64,000 nucleotides of DNA from an uncultured Alphaproteobacteria bacterium (GTDB taxonomy: Bacteria; Pseudomonadota; Alphaproteobacteria; HIMB59; GCA-002718135), in NCBI GenBank assembly GCA_902595425.1, contig CACJPV010000004.1, positions 47,006 to 111,005 of the forward strand, written 5' to 3'. The notes beneath the pieces are model-generated. The model worked only from the letters and a program-made list of their open reading frames with translations. It did not search any database and was not told where the DNA came from. Each line of letters starts with the position of its first letter. Within the stretch, counting starts at the first letter, position 1. Made by a program: the position numbers and the translations under genes. Shown here in pieces: positions 1 through 14,828 of this stretch.

Positions 1-445
1 TATCTTTTGATTTTTTTACTCTCCATGTAACTTGTATTGAGCCAGTGTCAGAATAAATATCCATATCAATCAAGGATACTTTATTTTTTTCATCATAGTT
101 GGTATTTGTTAATTCGTAATTTTGATTTGAATATCCTTGCATCATAGAAGCGATATTTAAAGCCAAATGTCTTTTAAATAATTTAATATATTCAAGTTTT
201 GTATCTTTTGATGCTCCATTCCAACTTTTTCCTGCTACAAACTTTGCTATTCCCGACCCTGCAAAATTATTATTTATTGTTTGTTCTATCATTAAAAATC
301 TATTTTCACTGGGAAGGTCATTATTTTGATAAGCATAAAGGATTTTATCTATTTCTGTTTTAAGCCAATTCTTTGCCTCATCTGCAAATACATTTAATGG
401 GATGGAAAATATAAATATAATAATTAGAATTCTAAAAAATTGCAT
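1..445 (-). CDS. MlaC/Ttg2D-like periplasmic lipid-binding protein, N-terminal part (3' end runs off the window)
   Basis: Not in ORF track (truncated). Hand translation of the minus strand from ATG 445..443, which overlaps the mlaA stop as TAATG: MQFFRILIIIFIFSIPLNVFADEAKNWLKTEIDKILYAYQNN...FAGSGIAKFVAGKSWNGASKDTKLEYIKLFKRHLALNIASMMQGY. Signal peptide plus the general Ttg2D/MlaC pattern; directly downstream of mlaA. Confidence 0.5.
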   Translation of the reverse strand, partial: MQFFRILIIIFIFSIPLNVFADEAKNWLKTEIDKILYAYQNNDLPSENRFLMIEQTINNNFAGSGIAKFVAGKSWNGASKDTKLEYIKLFKRHLALNIASMMQGYSNQNYELTNTNYDEKNKVSLIDMDIYSDTGSIQVTWRVKKSKD

Positions 446-1230
446 TATTCGAACTCAATACTAATGAGAGGTAATGGGGTCAATACATCGTCATCTGTAT
501 TCGTTATTGCAGCTTTTCTATTTTGATAGTATGAACTTCTAACTGCAGCATAATAATCTACAGAGTTATCTCTAAGAGCATTGACCTCATCTATAATTTG
601 AGATCTTTGATCAACTGCATTTGCAGCAGTTCTTAGAGGAATAGCCCAAGAGTCTCCTTCCCTAGATGCATATAAGTTTACAGGATCTGTCATCATGGTC
701 ATAACCATACCTGTTGTATCTCTTAAATTTGAAGGACCAAAAAGAGGCAGAACGATATAAAAACCATCACCAATCCCCCAAGTTGCAAGAGTTTGACCAA
801 AATCTTCTTCTTTTTGTTCAAGTCCAAAATCATCAGCAATATCTATGAGTCCAAATATTCCAACAGTAGAATTTACTAAAAATCTTCCTGTAGATTCCGC
901 TGCATTTTTTCCTTGTCCTTGCAATAATTGATTCAAAGCAACCAGGGGTAATTTAAGATTACTTAAAAAGTTTCCAACTCCACTCTGTATTGGTGCTGGT
1001 AATTTTTTATAACCTTTTGCCGTGGGCTCCAAAATTAATTTATCAGCCACATTATTAAATCCAAATACTGCTCTATTAATTCCCTCTAAAGGATCATAAA
1101 TTTCGTCTTCAAAAATTGAAGTTTCAAAATCGTCTGAACTTGTCTTAACATCGTCAGCAGCACCTGCGTAAAGATTGAAACTAACAAAAATAATAACTAA
1201 AAAACCCAATATTTGTTTTAATCTATCCAT
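445..1230 (-). CDS. mlaA: MlaA/VacJ family outer-membrane lipid asymmetry protein
   Basis: 261 aa; hydrophobic signal sequence, then the VacJ hallmark region DPLEGINRAVFGFNNVADKLILEPTAKGYKKLPAPIQSGVGNFLSNLKLPLVALNQLLQG. The protein contains no Cys at all, so there is no classical lipobox. Confidence 0.8.
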   Translation of the reverse strand: MDRLKQILGFLVIIFVSFNLYAGAADDVKTSSDDFETSIFEDEIYDPLEGINRAVFGFNNVADKLILEPTAKGYKKLPAPIQSGVGNFLSNLKLPLVALNQLLQGQGKNAAESTGRFLVNSTVGIFGLIDIADDFGLEQKEEDFGQTLATWGIGDGFYIVLPLFGPSNLRDTTGMVMTMMTDPVNLYASREGDSWAIPLRTAANAVDQRSQIIDEVNALRDNSVDYYAAVRSSYYQNRKAAITNTDDDVLTPLPLISIEFE

Positions 1231-1302
1231 TATGAAGTAAATGTTTATTATCTATTTATATAGTTTAATTTTTTAATATTATATAACTTTTATAGCATAA
1301 AT

Positions 1303-6342
<5,040 letters not shown>

Positions 6343-6379
6343 ACAAAAATAGATATATATTGATTATAATAAAATTTGA

Positions 6380-7141
6380 ATGAAATTAATTCATAAATTT
6401 AAATCACCAAATTTTAATAATAGAAACTCAAAAATCATTGAATTTGTTATAATTCATTATACTGCTCTTAATTCTACTGTAGAGTCAATAAATTATCTAT
6501 GTTCAAAAAAAAATAAAGTTAGTTGTCACTACCTTATATCTTCTGATGGCAAAATTTACAATTTGGTGCATGAAAATAAAAGAGCTTGGCATGCTGGTAA
6601 ATCATTTTGGAGAGAAAATTCAGACATTAATTCATCATCAATAGGTATAGAGTTAGATTATTCACCGTATGGAAATAATAACAAATATACAATCCAGCTT
6701 ATCAATTCTCTTTTAAAACTATTAAAAAGAATAGTAAAAAACCACAATATATTACCAATTAATATCCTAGGCCATTCTGATGTTGCCCCTTATCGTAAAA
6801 TTGATCCAGGAAAAACATTTCCATGGCATATTCTAGAGCATAATAATTTAATTAATAAAATTTATATTAGTAAAAATACTAAGATATTGCATAATATTAT
6901 TGATAAATGGTTTTTAAAACACAGAATTAAAACCAAAAAAAGAAGAATTTTATTTATGTTGAGCTATATTGGCTATGATATCTCTTTAGCATTAAAAAAA
7001 GACTTTTTTTTTAATATGCTGCTTGCTGCTTATGCTAGTAGATATAAATATTACAGTAACTATAATTATAACAAAAAAAATGTTGATAAAATTATTAAAA
7101 TCCATTTTTTAGAGATAATATTGACGAAATTAAAAAAATAA
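6380..7141 (+). CDS. N-acetylmuramoyl-L-alanine amidase (Amidase_2 / AmpD-type) with C-terminal extension
   Basis: 253 aa; FVIIHYTA...AWHAGKSFW...SSSIGIEL...GHSDVAPYRKIDPGKTFPW matches the zinc amidase_2 fold pattern. About 80 C-terminal residues are of unclear function. Confidence 0.75.
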   Translation: MKLIHKFKSPNFNNRNSKIIEFVIIHYTALNSTVESINYLCSKKNKVSCHYLISSDGKIYNLVHENKRAWHAGKSFWRENSDINSSSIGIELDYSPYGNNNKYTIQLINSLLKLLKRIVKNHNILPINILGHSDVAPYRKIDPGKTFPWHILEHNNLINKIYISKNTKILHNIIDKWFLKHRIKTKKRRILFMLSYIGYDISLALKKDFFFNMLLAAYASRYKYYSNYNYNKKNVDKIIKIHFLEIILTKLKK

Positions 7142-7155
7142 ATATATTTATGTCT

Positions 7156-7492
7156 AGATGATGCGATGATCGCTTGAGTTATCAAGAGGAAAGTCCGGGC
7201 TCCTCTGGAAAAAAAACCAGGTAACACCTGGCAAGTGAGAGCTTAGGGAAAGTGCAACAGAAAAAATACCGCCCTTATGGGTAAGGTTGAAATGGTGGGG
7301 TAAGAGCCTACCGCTTTTTTGGTAACAAAAAAGGCATGGCAAACCCTTTTTGGAGCAAGGTCAAATAGGAATAGCAATCAGTTCCAGCTGAGCTATTCGG
7401 GTAGACTGCTTGAGATAAATGGCAACATTTATCCTAGATTGATGATCATCATTTTACTTAGTAATTTACAGAACCCGGCTTATGCATCATCT
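7156..7492 (+). ncRNA. rnpB: RNase P RNA, bacterial type A
   Basis: Universally conserved GAGGAAAGTCCGGGCTC at 7186..7202 and ACAGAACCCGGCTTA at 7468..7482. Terminal P1 pairing of AGATGATGC (7156..7164) with GCATCATCT (7484..7492). The 62-aa minus-strand ORF in the track lies inside it. Confidence 0.9.
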
Positions 7493-7541
7493 TAAAAAAT
7501 ATAAGAACAAAACAGAAACATATGCATTATTTAGAAGTTAT

Positions 7542-7576
7542 CCCATTGACGCCCATAATGTCCCATGATAACCCAT
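7542..7576 (+). promoter_or_regulatory. Four CCCAT direct repeats with exact 10-bp phasing; candidate MraZ operator / dcw promoter region
   Basis: CCCAT at 7542, 7552, 7562 and 7572 (tCCCATtgacgCCCATaatgtCCCATgataaCCCATatac), ending 6 nt before the preferred mraZ ATG. The complement is ATGGG, matching the TGGG-N6 type repeats reported for E. coli MraZ binding. Confidence 0.5.
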
Positions 7577-7582
7577 ATACAT

Positions 7583-8050
7583 ATGAATTTGTTTGTATCT
7601 ACATTTGTAAATAAAATTGATAAAAAAGGGCGAGTTTCTCTTCCCTCAATTTTTAGAAGTGCTTTACCTAACGATTATAAAAATGAGATAATTTTATCTA
7701 AATCTCTAAGAAACAATGTAATTGATGGTTTAAGTGTTCAAAGAGTGCACGAAATAGCAAAAAGAATAAATAATTTAGATTTTTTTTCAGAAGAACACGA
7801 AGATTTTTCAACTTCAATATTTTCAGAAATGATACCAACAAATTTAGATAGAGAGGGTAGATTTTTGCTACCTGAAAAATTTAAAAATTTTGCTGACATT
7901 AAGGATGAAGTTGCATTTATTGGTCAAGGTTATTATTTTCAAATTGTTAATCCCTTAGTAGCGATAGACCTTCAGAAAAAATCAAGAACACGTCTTAATT
8001 TGAGCAAAAAAACCTTAGGAAGAATTTTAGCAGGAGCACCTAATGATTAA
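7583..8050 (+). CDS. mraZ: Transcriptional regulator MraZ
   Basis: ATG 7583 gives MNLFVSTFVNKIDKKGRVSLPSIFR, the canonical MraZ N-terminus, with a second half-domain DREGRFLLPEKF. The ORF-track start at 7565 lies inside the repeat array and adds a non-conserved MITHIH. Confidence 0.9.
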   Translation: MNLFVSTFVNKIDKKGRVSLPSIFRSALPNDYKNEIILSKSLRNNVIDGLSVQRVHEIAKRINNLDFFSEEHEDFSTSIFSEMIPTNLDREGRFLLPEKFKNFADIKDEVAFIGQGYYFQIVNPLVAIDLQKKSRTRLNLSKKTLGRILAGAPND

Positions 8051-8978
8051 TTGTCATATTCCTGTTATGCTTGATGAAGTAAAATCTTTTATTCCTATAA
8101 GTAAAGATTTAAATCTCATTGATGCTACTTTTGGTGGTGGAGGATATTCAAAGGCTTTACTTGAAGAATTCAATATAAAGAATTTGCTAGCTATAGATAG
8201 AGATCCAACGGCAAAAATTTTTTTTAGTGAACTGAAAAAAAAATTTAAAAATATTGAACTATTTAATGAAAAATTTAGCAAAATTGATGAATTAATAAAA
8301 AAATCTAAACTTTCAAATGAGAGTTTTGATGTAATTATTTTTGATTTAGGTGTGAGCTCAAATCAAATTGATAACCCTTATAGAGGATTTTCATTTCAAA
8401 ATGAGGGTCCACTAGATATGAAAATGGGATCATCTACTTTGAACGCATATGAAATCATAAACTCTTTTGAAGAAAAAAAACTAGCAGATATTTTTTTTCA
8501 GTTTGGCGAAGAAAAACACTCTAGAAAAATTGCTAAAAATATTATTAAAAATAGAACTATAAAACCAATAGTTAATACTAAAGAATTATCAGATATAATA
8601 AGAAATTCTGTACCATTTAGTTATTCTAAAAATAAAATACATCCAGCTACTAAAACATTTCAGGCGCTTCGAATTTATGTAAATGATGAATTGAATGAAC
8701 TTAAAATAGCCCTAAAAAAATCTGAAAATTTACTCGCACCTAATGGTTTATTAATAATAGTTTCTTTCCAAAGTCTAGAAGATAGAATTGTGAAAGATTT
8801 TTTTAACCACAAAAGTGGTAAACGATGGCGTTCCTCCCGCCACCTCCCGGACTTAGGTGATCTTGGTCCAATAACCTTAAAGATAATCACCAAAAAACCT
8901 TTAAGACCAAAGGATTTTGAGATTGATAATAATCCAAGATCCAGATCAGCTAAGCTTCGGGTGGCTCAAAAGATTTAA
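8043..8978 (+). CDS. rsmH: 16S rRNA (cytosine1402-N4)-methyltransferase RsmH (MraW)
   Basis: 311 aa; HIPVML start, SAM-binding DATFGGGGYS, DLGVSS, C-terminal NPRSRSAKLRV. 8-nt overlap with mraZ. Confidence 0.95.
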   Translation: MINCHIPVMLDEVKSFIPISKDLNLIDATFGGGGYSKALLEEFNIKNLLAIDRDPTAKIFFSELKKKFKNIELFNEKFSKIDELIKKSKLSNESFDVIIFDLGVSSNQIDNPYRGFSFQNEGPLDMKMGSSTLNAYEIINSFEEKKLADIFFQFGEEKHSRKIAKNIIKNRTIKPIVNTKELSDIIRNSVPFSYSKNKIHPATKTFQALRIYVNDELNELKIALKKSENLLAPNGLLIIVSFQSLEDRIVKDFFNHKSGKRWRSSRHLPDLGDLGPITLKIITKKPLRPKDFEIDNNPRSRSAKLRVAQKI

Positions 8979-8980
8979 AT

Positions 8981-9301
8981 ATGAAATATGCCAAACATAT
9001 TGTTTTTTTTCTTTTTATAAATTTAATTATAGTATTTTTAACAATATTTTTGGGTAATATGACTAGAAAGCTTGAACTAAGTAATAATGTAAAGAAGGAA
9101 AATATACAAAAACTTGAGGAGCAATTAAAAATTAATAAAATAGAATTTTCATTTTATAATAATGCTAATTATATAAAAAAACTTCATAGAATTTATTTTT
9201 CATATGAAGAAAAATCCATAGAAAAAAAAATCGTAGATATTAAAAATATTTCAAATATTCAAGACAATGAAATAATTTTGATTAATTTGATTTCTGAATA
9301 A
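8981..9301 (+). CDS. ftsL: Cell division protein FtsL-like (small bitopic membrane protein)
   Basis: 106 aa with one N-terminal TM helix and a coiled-coil-like segment. Called only from size, topology and position between rsmH and ftsI. Confidence 0.55.
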   Translation: MKYAKHIVFFLFINLIIVFLTIFLGNMTRKLELSNNVKKENIQKLEEQLKINKIEFSFYNNANYIKKLHRIYFSYEEKSIEKKIVDIKNISNIQDNEIILINLISE

Positions 9302-10960
9302 ATGGGAAAAAGTATAAAATTTTTATTTGACTCTGATTCTTTAAAAAATTTTCATAAAAGAATTTTTTTTTCAGTTTTAGTTTTTTTGTTTTTCTTCTTA
9401 TCTGTTTTTTATAGAATTAGCTTTATAACTATATCAAGTTACTTTGATAATCCTACTGAAGTTCAATTAGAAAAAAAAGAAAATAGAGGGATTATTTATG
9501 ATAGAAATGGCATAGTACTGGCAGCATCAATAGAATCAAAATCATTGTCTGCTAGACCAAAATTTATAAATAATGCTAACCATTTGGCAAAAGAATTAAC
9601 AAAGATTATAGATATCGATGAAAATATACTAAAAGATAAACTATCAAGTGGAAAAAAATTTGTTTGGCTTAAAAGAAATATTACTCCCACTGAACATCAA
9701 AAAATAATTGATCTGGGAGAAATTAATTTAGAATTTCATAATGAAAGCAAAAGAATATATCCTTTTAAAAATAGTGCTTCTCATATTGTAGGATTTGTAA
9801 ATATTGATCAAATTGGTCAAAAAGGTATTGAAAGAAGCTTTAATCAAAACTTATCAAACGCAAAAAATGTAACCTTATCTATCGATATAAACCTTCAGCA
9901 ATCAATCAGGCATTATTTATTAGAAACTATAAGTCATTACAAAGCGGAGTCAGGTTTAGCAATAGTAATGGATATTTCAAATGGGCAAATTCTATCATCT
10001 GTAAGTTATCCAGACTTTGATCCAAATAATAATGACAGTTTTAGTAAAGACAACTTAATGAATAGGGTTATTCAAGCTAATTATGAAATGGGATCTACAT
10101 TCAAACCTTTAACAGCTGTTAATGGTTTTGATTATGGAATTATTGAACCAAATATGGTTTTTGATGTTAAAAAAAGTGTAAAAGGAGTAAAAGATCATGA
10201 CTCTTATAAAGGCGATGGTTTATACAACGTAGAAAAAATTGTTGTTGAGTCATCAAATATAGGTACTGCACAAATTGCCCTTAAAATTGGAAAAAAAAAT
10301 CAAAAAGAATTTCTTAAAAAATTAGGTTTTTTTGAAAAAATAGATACGGAACTTTTAGAAGTAGAAAAACCACTTGCAAACCCAAATAATTGGAGAGAGC
10401 ATGAAACAACAAGAATTGGTTTTGGTCATAGCTTTTCAATAACTCCACTTCATCTAGTTAAAGCTTATGCTTCACTTTCCAATAATGGTAATATTATAAA
10501 TCCTACTTTTGTTTTAAATTCTAAAAATAAAATATCTCAAAATATACTTTTAAGAGAAGATTCCTCCAAATATTTTTTAAATTTATTGAATGCAGTTATT
10601 ACTAAAACTAAGTTCACAGGCCCGAGGGTAAAAATTGAAGGGTATAATATAGGTGGTAAAACTGGAACATCAGAATTAATAGACTCGAGTGGTCGGTATT
10701 ATAAAGATAGAAATATGACTTCTTTTATAAGTGTATTTCCAATAAATAAACCTAAGTATGTAGTTTATACAGCAATAAGCTATCCCAAAAAACCCATAGA
10801 ATCTAATCAAAGGATGACAGGTGCTGTTGTAAATGCCCCTCTTGTAAAAAAAATAATATTTGAAATGATTAAAATTTTGAATTTGCCATCAATTAGACAT
10901 GATAATTTTATAAAAGCGGATATAAAACAAATTTATAAACCTGATTATGCTTTTCTCTGA
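9302..10960 (+). CDS. ftsI: Peptidoglycan D,D-transpeptidase FtsI (PBP3)
   Basis: 552 aa; N-terminal TM anchor; penicillin-binding motifs STFK, SSN and KTGT in the correct order; dcw position. Confidence 0.9.
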   Translation: MGKSIKFLFDSDSLKNFHKRIFFSVLVFLFFFLSVFYRISFITISSYFDNPTEVQLEKKENRGIIYDRNGIVLAASIESKSLSARPKFINNANHLAKELTKIIDIDENILKDKLSSGKKFVWLKRNITPTEHQKIIDLGEINLEFHNESKRIYPFKNSASHIVGFVNIDQIGQKGIERSFNQNLSNAKNVTLSIDINLQQSIRHYLLETISHYKAESGLAIVMDISNGQILSSVSYPDFDPNNNDSFSKDNLMNRVIQANYEMGSTFKPLTAVNGFDYGIIEPNMVFDVKKSVKGVKDHDSYKGDGLYNVEKIVVESSNIGTAQIALKIGKKNQKEFLKKLGFFEKIDTELLEVEKPLANPNNWREHETTRIGFGHSFSITPLHLVKAYASLSNNGNIINPTFVLNSKNKISQNILLREDSSKYFLNLLNAVITKTKFTGPRVKIEGYNIGGKTGTSELIDSSGRYYKDRNMTSFISVFPINKPKYVVYTAISYPKKPIESNQRMTGAVVNAPLVKKIIFEMIKILNLPSIRHDNFIKADIKQIYKPDYAFL

Positions 10961-12368
10961 TCTCAATAAAATTTTTGTTACTTCAAAGATCATAGGAAAA
11001 TTACCTAAAAAAAAAATAAAATTTATAAGTGATAATTCAAAAAATATAAGTGCTAATACACTTTTTGTTGTAAATAAAAATAAAAATTTTAAATTATCAT
11101 ATTTTCATGAGGCTATCTCAAAAAATTTAAATACTGTTCTAACTAATCGACATATTAAAAATTCAACGGTAAATCAAATTATTGTAAAAGACATTGATAA
11201 AGAAATTTTAAAGTTATTAAAAATTATAAAACCATTTCCACCTATATCTTCAGTTGCTATTACTGGTACTAATGGAAAAACTTCTTCCACCTGGTATCTT
11301 TCTCAAATTTGCAAAATAAATAAGTATCCTTCAAAATTAACAGGAACTCTTGGTTATTTTATTGATTTAAAAAAAATAAAAGAGTCGTCACTTACTACTC
11401 CAAGTAACTTAGATCTCTATCAATTCGCTTATTCAAGTAATAGAAAAAGTTATCATTATATATCAGAAGCTTCAAGTCACGGCCTTCATCAGGGACGCTT
11501 CAAAAATATAAAGATAGACATAGCTGCAATTACTAATATTTCTCACGATCACTTGGATTATCATGGAAATTTTAGTTCTTATGTAAATACTAAGCTCTCT
11601 CTATTTACAAAAATCTTAAATTCAAAAGGAGTAGCAGTGGTTAATTCAAATCTTAAAATTTATAAGATGATAAAAAAAAAATTAAAGAATAGAAAAATAA
11701 AAATGATTACTTATGGATCTGGAGATGTATACTTTTTTAAAAATAATTATTTATATTTATACATTTTTGGTAAAAAATTTAAGTTACAAAAATTTAATTT
11801 AGAAAACAATATCCAAAAAGAAAATTTAGAATGTGCAATAGCTTGTGCACTAGCTATGAAGATAAGTGCAAAAAAAATAATTCATTGTTTAAAAATGCTT
11901 AAATCTGCACCTGGTAGGTTTGAAACTATAAATTACAGGAAAAAAAACTCAAAAATAATAATAGATTATGCGCATACACCTGATGCTTTAGAAAATGTTT
12001 TGAAAAATTTTTCTGATGATAAATTTAAACCTTCTTTAGTTTTTGGATGTGGTGGAGATAGGGATAAACTTAAAAGAAGAAAAATGGGACTTGTTGCTGC
12101 AAGATATGCTAATAAAATTTATATAACTGATGATAATCCTAGAAATGAAAATCCAAAAAATATTAGAAAAACATTAAAAAAATATTGTCCAAACGGATTT
12201 GAAATTTCCAATAGAGAAAAAGCAATACTTTTAGCTATTTCTAATTTAGATATTAATGATACCCTTATAATTGCAGGAAAAGGTCATGAAAACTATCAAT
12301 TAATTAAGAATAAAAAAATTGATTTTAATGATTTTCAAATAGCAAAAAATATTATTTCACAATTATGA
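10947..12368 (+). CDS. murE: UDP-N-acetylmuramoyl-L-alanyl-D-glutamate--2,6-diaminopimelate ligase
   Basis: 473 aa; Mur ligase P-loop TGTNGKTS; TDDNPRNENP (DNPR motif typical of MurE); 14-nt overlap with ftsI. Confidence 0.9.
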   Translation: MLFSDLNKIFVTSKIIGKLPKKKIKFISDNSKNISANTLFVVNKNKNFKLSYFHEAISKNLNTVLTNRHIKNSTVNQIIVKDIDKEILKLLKIIKPFPPISSVAITGTNGKTSSTWYLSQICKINKYPSKLTGTLGYFIDLKKIKESSLTTPSNLDLYQFAYSSNRKSYHYISEASSHGLHQGRFKNIKIDIAAITNISHDHLDYHGNFSSYVNTKLSLFTKILNSKGVAVVNSNLKIYKMIKKKLKNRKIKMITYGSGDVYFFKNNYLYLYIFGKKFKLQKFNLENNIQKENLECAIACALAMKISAKKIIHCLKMLKSAPGRFETINYRKKNSKIIIDYAHTPDALENVLKNFSDDKFKPSLVFGCGGDRDKLKRRKMGLVAARYANKIYITDDNPRNENPKNIRKTLKKYCPNGFEISNREKAILLAISNLDINDTLIIAGKGHENYQLIKNKKIDFNDFQIAKNIISQL

Positions 12369-13738
12369 TACTTTTAAATAGAATTCAGAAATACATAATT
12401 AATTCATCAAATAAATTAAAAATAAGCAGCAAGGATATAAAAAAAAATGATGTTTTTTTAGCATTAGAGGGATCAAATAAACATGGGAATAAATATATAA
12501 ATGATGCCTTTAGAGCTGGGGCCAAATATTGTATTACAGATAAAAAACTGAAAAAATCAAATTCTTTTGAAAAAATACTTTTTGTTAAAAATGTTCAAAA
12601 ATATCTTTTAGATTTATCTGAAATAAAAAGATCTTCATATCAAGGTAAGGTTATTGGAATAACAGGAAGTGCTGGAAAAACTTCTCTTAAAGAGTATCTG
12701 AAATATTTTTTATCAAAAAAATTTAAAGTTTCTGCATCTATTAAAAGCTATAATAATAAATTAGGAGTGATGGTTTCAATTTTAAATTTAAATTTAAACT
12801 CAGATTACGCAATTTTTGAAATTGGAACAAATAATTTTTTTGAAATTAGAGATCTGACAAAATTAGTTAAGCCTTCTCAAATATTTATTACTAACATTTT
12901 ATCTGCCCATCTTGAAAACTTCATTAATAAAAAAAACATTGCGAAAGAAAAAGCTGATATATTTAAAAAACAATTTAACCCATTATCAGAAATTCTATAT
13001 TTGCAAAAAAAATCTAAAGAAGAAGAATTAATTTATTTAATTGCAAAAAAAGAAAAATTAAAAAAAATAATTAGTATAGGAAACAAAGAAGGTGAGAGTT
13101 ACTTAAAAAAAATAAAAAAATTAGACTCTAATTATGAAATAATTTTAAAAATTTTAAATAATAATTATAAAATTCTTTTACCTCATTGTGAGCAAAAGAT
13201 CATTTCAAATTTAATATTTGTTTTAACATTCTTTGATTTTAATAAGCTTGATACAAAAATAATAGTGCAAAATAAATTTAATATTCCAAAGATTGAAGGA
13301 AGAGGAAGCATACATAATTTTTTATTTAAAAAATTTAAAATAAAACTAATTGATCAGTCCTATAATGCTAATCCTGAGACAATGATTGAAAGTATAGAAA
13401 ATTTTTCATTTATTAAAAATAATAGTAGAGATAAATTTTTAATATTAGGCAATATGAATGAATTAGGTCTAAGTTCACTTGATTATCATATTAAAATTAT
13501 ACAAGTCATTGAAAAAAATTATTTTGATCAAGTTATTTTATCTGGCGACTCTTTTAAAAAAGCACTAAGTATATTTTCTAATTTAAAAAACAAATATGTT
13601 TATAAAAATAAAAGCAATAGTATTATGAGCTACTTAGAAAAAAATGTTCATAAAAATACCATTATAATGGCCAAGTGTTCTAATGCAACTGAAGTAAATA
13701 ATTTCGTAAAAAAACTAAAATTATTTAAGAAAGGATAA
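12365..13738 (+). CDS. murF: UDP-N-acetylmuramoyl-tripeptide--D-alanyl-D-alanine ligase
   Basis: 457 aa; P-loop GITGSAGKTS; Mur ligase architecture; ATGA overlap with murE; dcw position. Confidence 0.85.
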   Translation: MILLNRIQKYIINSSNKLKISSKDIKKNDVFLALEGSNKHGNKYINDAFRAGAKYCITDKKLKKSNSFEKILFVKNVQKYLLDLSEIKRSSYQGKVIGITGSAGKTSLKEYLKYFLSKKFKVSASIKSYNNKLGVMVSILNLNLNSDYAIFEIGTNNFFEIRDLTKLVKPSQIFITNILSAHLENFINKKNIAKEKADIFKKQFNPLSEILYLQKKSKEEELIYLIAKKEKLKKIISIGNKEGESYLKKIKKLDSNYEIILKILNNNYKILLPHCEQKIISNLIFVLTFFDFNKLDTKIIVQNKFNIPKIEGRGSIHNFLFKKFKIKLIDQSYNANPETMIESIENFSFIKNNSRDKFLILGNMNELGLSSLDYHIKIIQVIEKNYFDQVILSGDSFKKALSIFSNLKNKYVYKNKSNSIMSYLEKNVHKNTIIMAKCSNATEVNNFVKKLKLFKKG

Positions 13739-13739
13739 T

Positions 13740-14828
13740 TTGTTTAAAATAATAGCCCAGTATTTTGTTGAACAATATAGTTTTTTAAACTTATTCAATT
13801 TTATTACTTTTAGAGTCGGTGCTTCAATTTTAACAGCACTTTTTTTTTCTTTAATATTTGGACAATTTATTATTAATAAAATTTCTAAAATTCAGCCAAT
13901 TGGTCAACCTATAAGAAACGATGGTCCAGAAAATCATATAATCCAAAAAGCAGGAACTCCCACAATGGGTGGTCTGCTTATTATTTTAAGTGTTATAATT
14001 TCTTTAATTATGTGGTCAGACTTACAAAACACTTTTGTATGGATTGGATTTTTAAGTTTATTGGTTTTTGGTTTTATTGGCTTTATTGATGATTATAATA
14101 AGATTAAATCAAACTCAAGTAATGGATTAAAAGCAAGCACAAGATTAACATTGCAATTAGTTTTTGCTTTAATAATATCTATAATAGTCGTTAACAACCT
14201 TAATGATACAATTGATACAACAATATCTTTCCCGTTTTTTAAAAATCTAATTGTCAATTTTGGATATTATTATTTTATTATTTCCTTATTCATTATTGTT
14301 GGTTCAGCTAATGCTGTGAATTTAACAGATGGTCTTGATGGTCTAGCTATAGTCCCAGTTATGATAGTTGCAATGACTTTTGCTTTTATAGCTTACGTTT
14401 CGGGAAATATTGTTTTTTCTGATTATCTTTTAATTAATTATATTCCAGGAACTGGAGAATTATCAGTGCTATGCGGAGCATTAATAGGTGCAGCTTTGGG
14501 ATTTCTTTGGTTTAATGCTCCACCAGCAAAGGTATTTATGGGTGATACAGGTTCTTTGGCTTTAGGAGCAACAATAGGATCAATTGCAATAATGGTAAAA
14601 CATGAAATTGTTTTGGCAATTGCAGGAGGGTTATTTGTTTTAGAAACCTTATCAGTTATTATTCAAGTAATTAGTTTTAAATTAACTGGTAAAAGAGTGT
14701 TTATGATGGCTCCATTACACCACCACTTTGAAAAAAAAGGATGGGCAGAGTCAACAATTGTTATAAGATTTTGGATTATAACAATCGTTCTTGCATTATT
14801 AAGTTTAGCAACATTAAAAATTCGATAA
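13740..14828 (+). CDS. mraY: Phospho-N-acetylmuramoyl-pentapeptide transferase
   Basis: 362 aa polytopic membrane protein; NAVNLTDGLDGLA and MGDTGSLALG motifs. TTG start (no nearby in-frame ATG). Confidence 0.95.
   Translation: MFKIIAQYFVEQYSFLNLFNFITFRVGASILTALFFSLIFGQFIINKISKIQPIGQPIRNDGPENHIIQKAGTPTMGGLLIILSVIISLIMWSDLQNTFVWIGFLSLLVFGFIGFIDDYNKIKSNSSNGLKASTRLTLQLVFALIISIIVVNNLNDTIDTTISFPFFKNLIVNFGYYYFIISLFIIVGSANAVNLTDGLDGLAIVPVMIVAMTFAFIAYVSGNIVFSDYLLINYIPGTGELSVLCGALIGAALGFLWFNAPPAKVFMGDTGSLALGATIGSIAIMVKHEIVLAIAGGLFVLETLSVIIQVISFKLTGKRVFMMAPLHHHFEKKGWAESTIVIRFWIITIVLALLSLATLKIR

Noticed and set aside
7154-7342. 62-aa minus-strand ORF from the ORF track
   Set aside because: It lies entirely within the RNase P RNA gene and is a spurious frame through a structured RNA.
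7565-7582. ATG 7565 as the mraZ start (as in the ORF track)
   Set aside because: It is created by the CCCATG of the third operator-like repeat and adds MITHIH ahead of the conserved MraZ N-terminus. ATG 7583 fits the family better.
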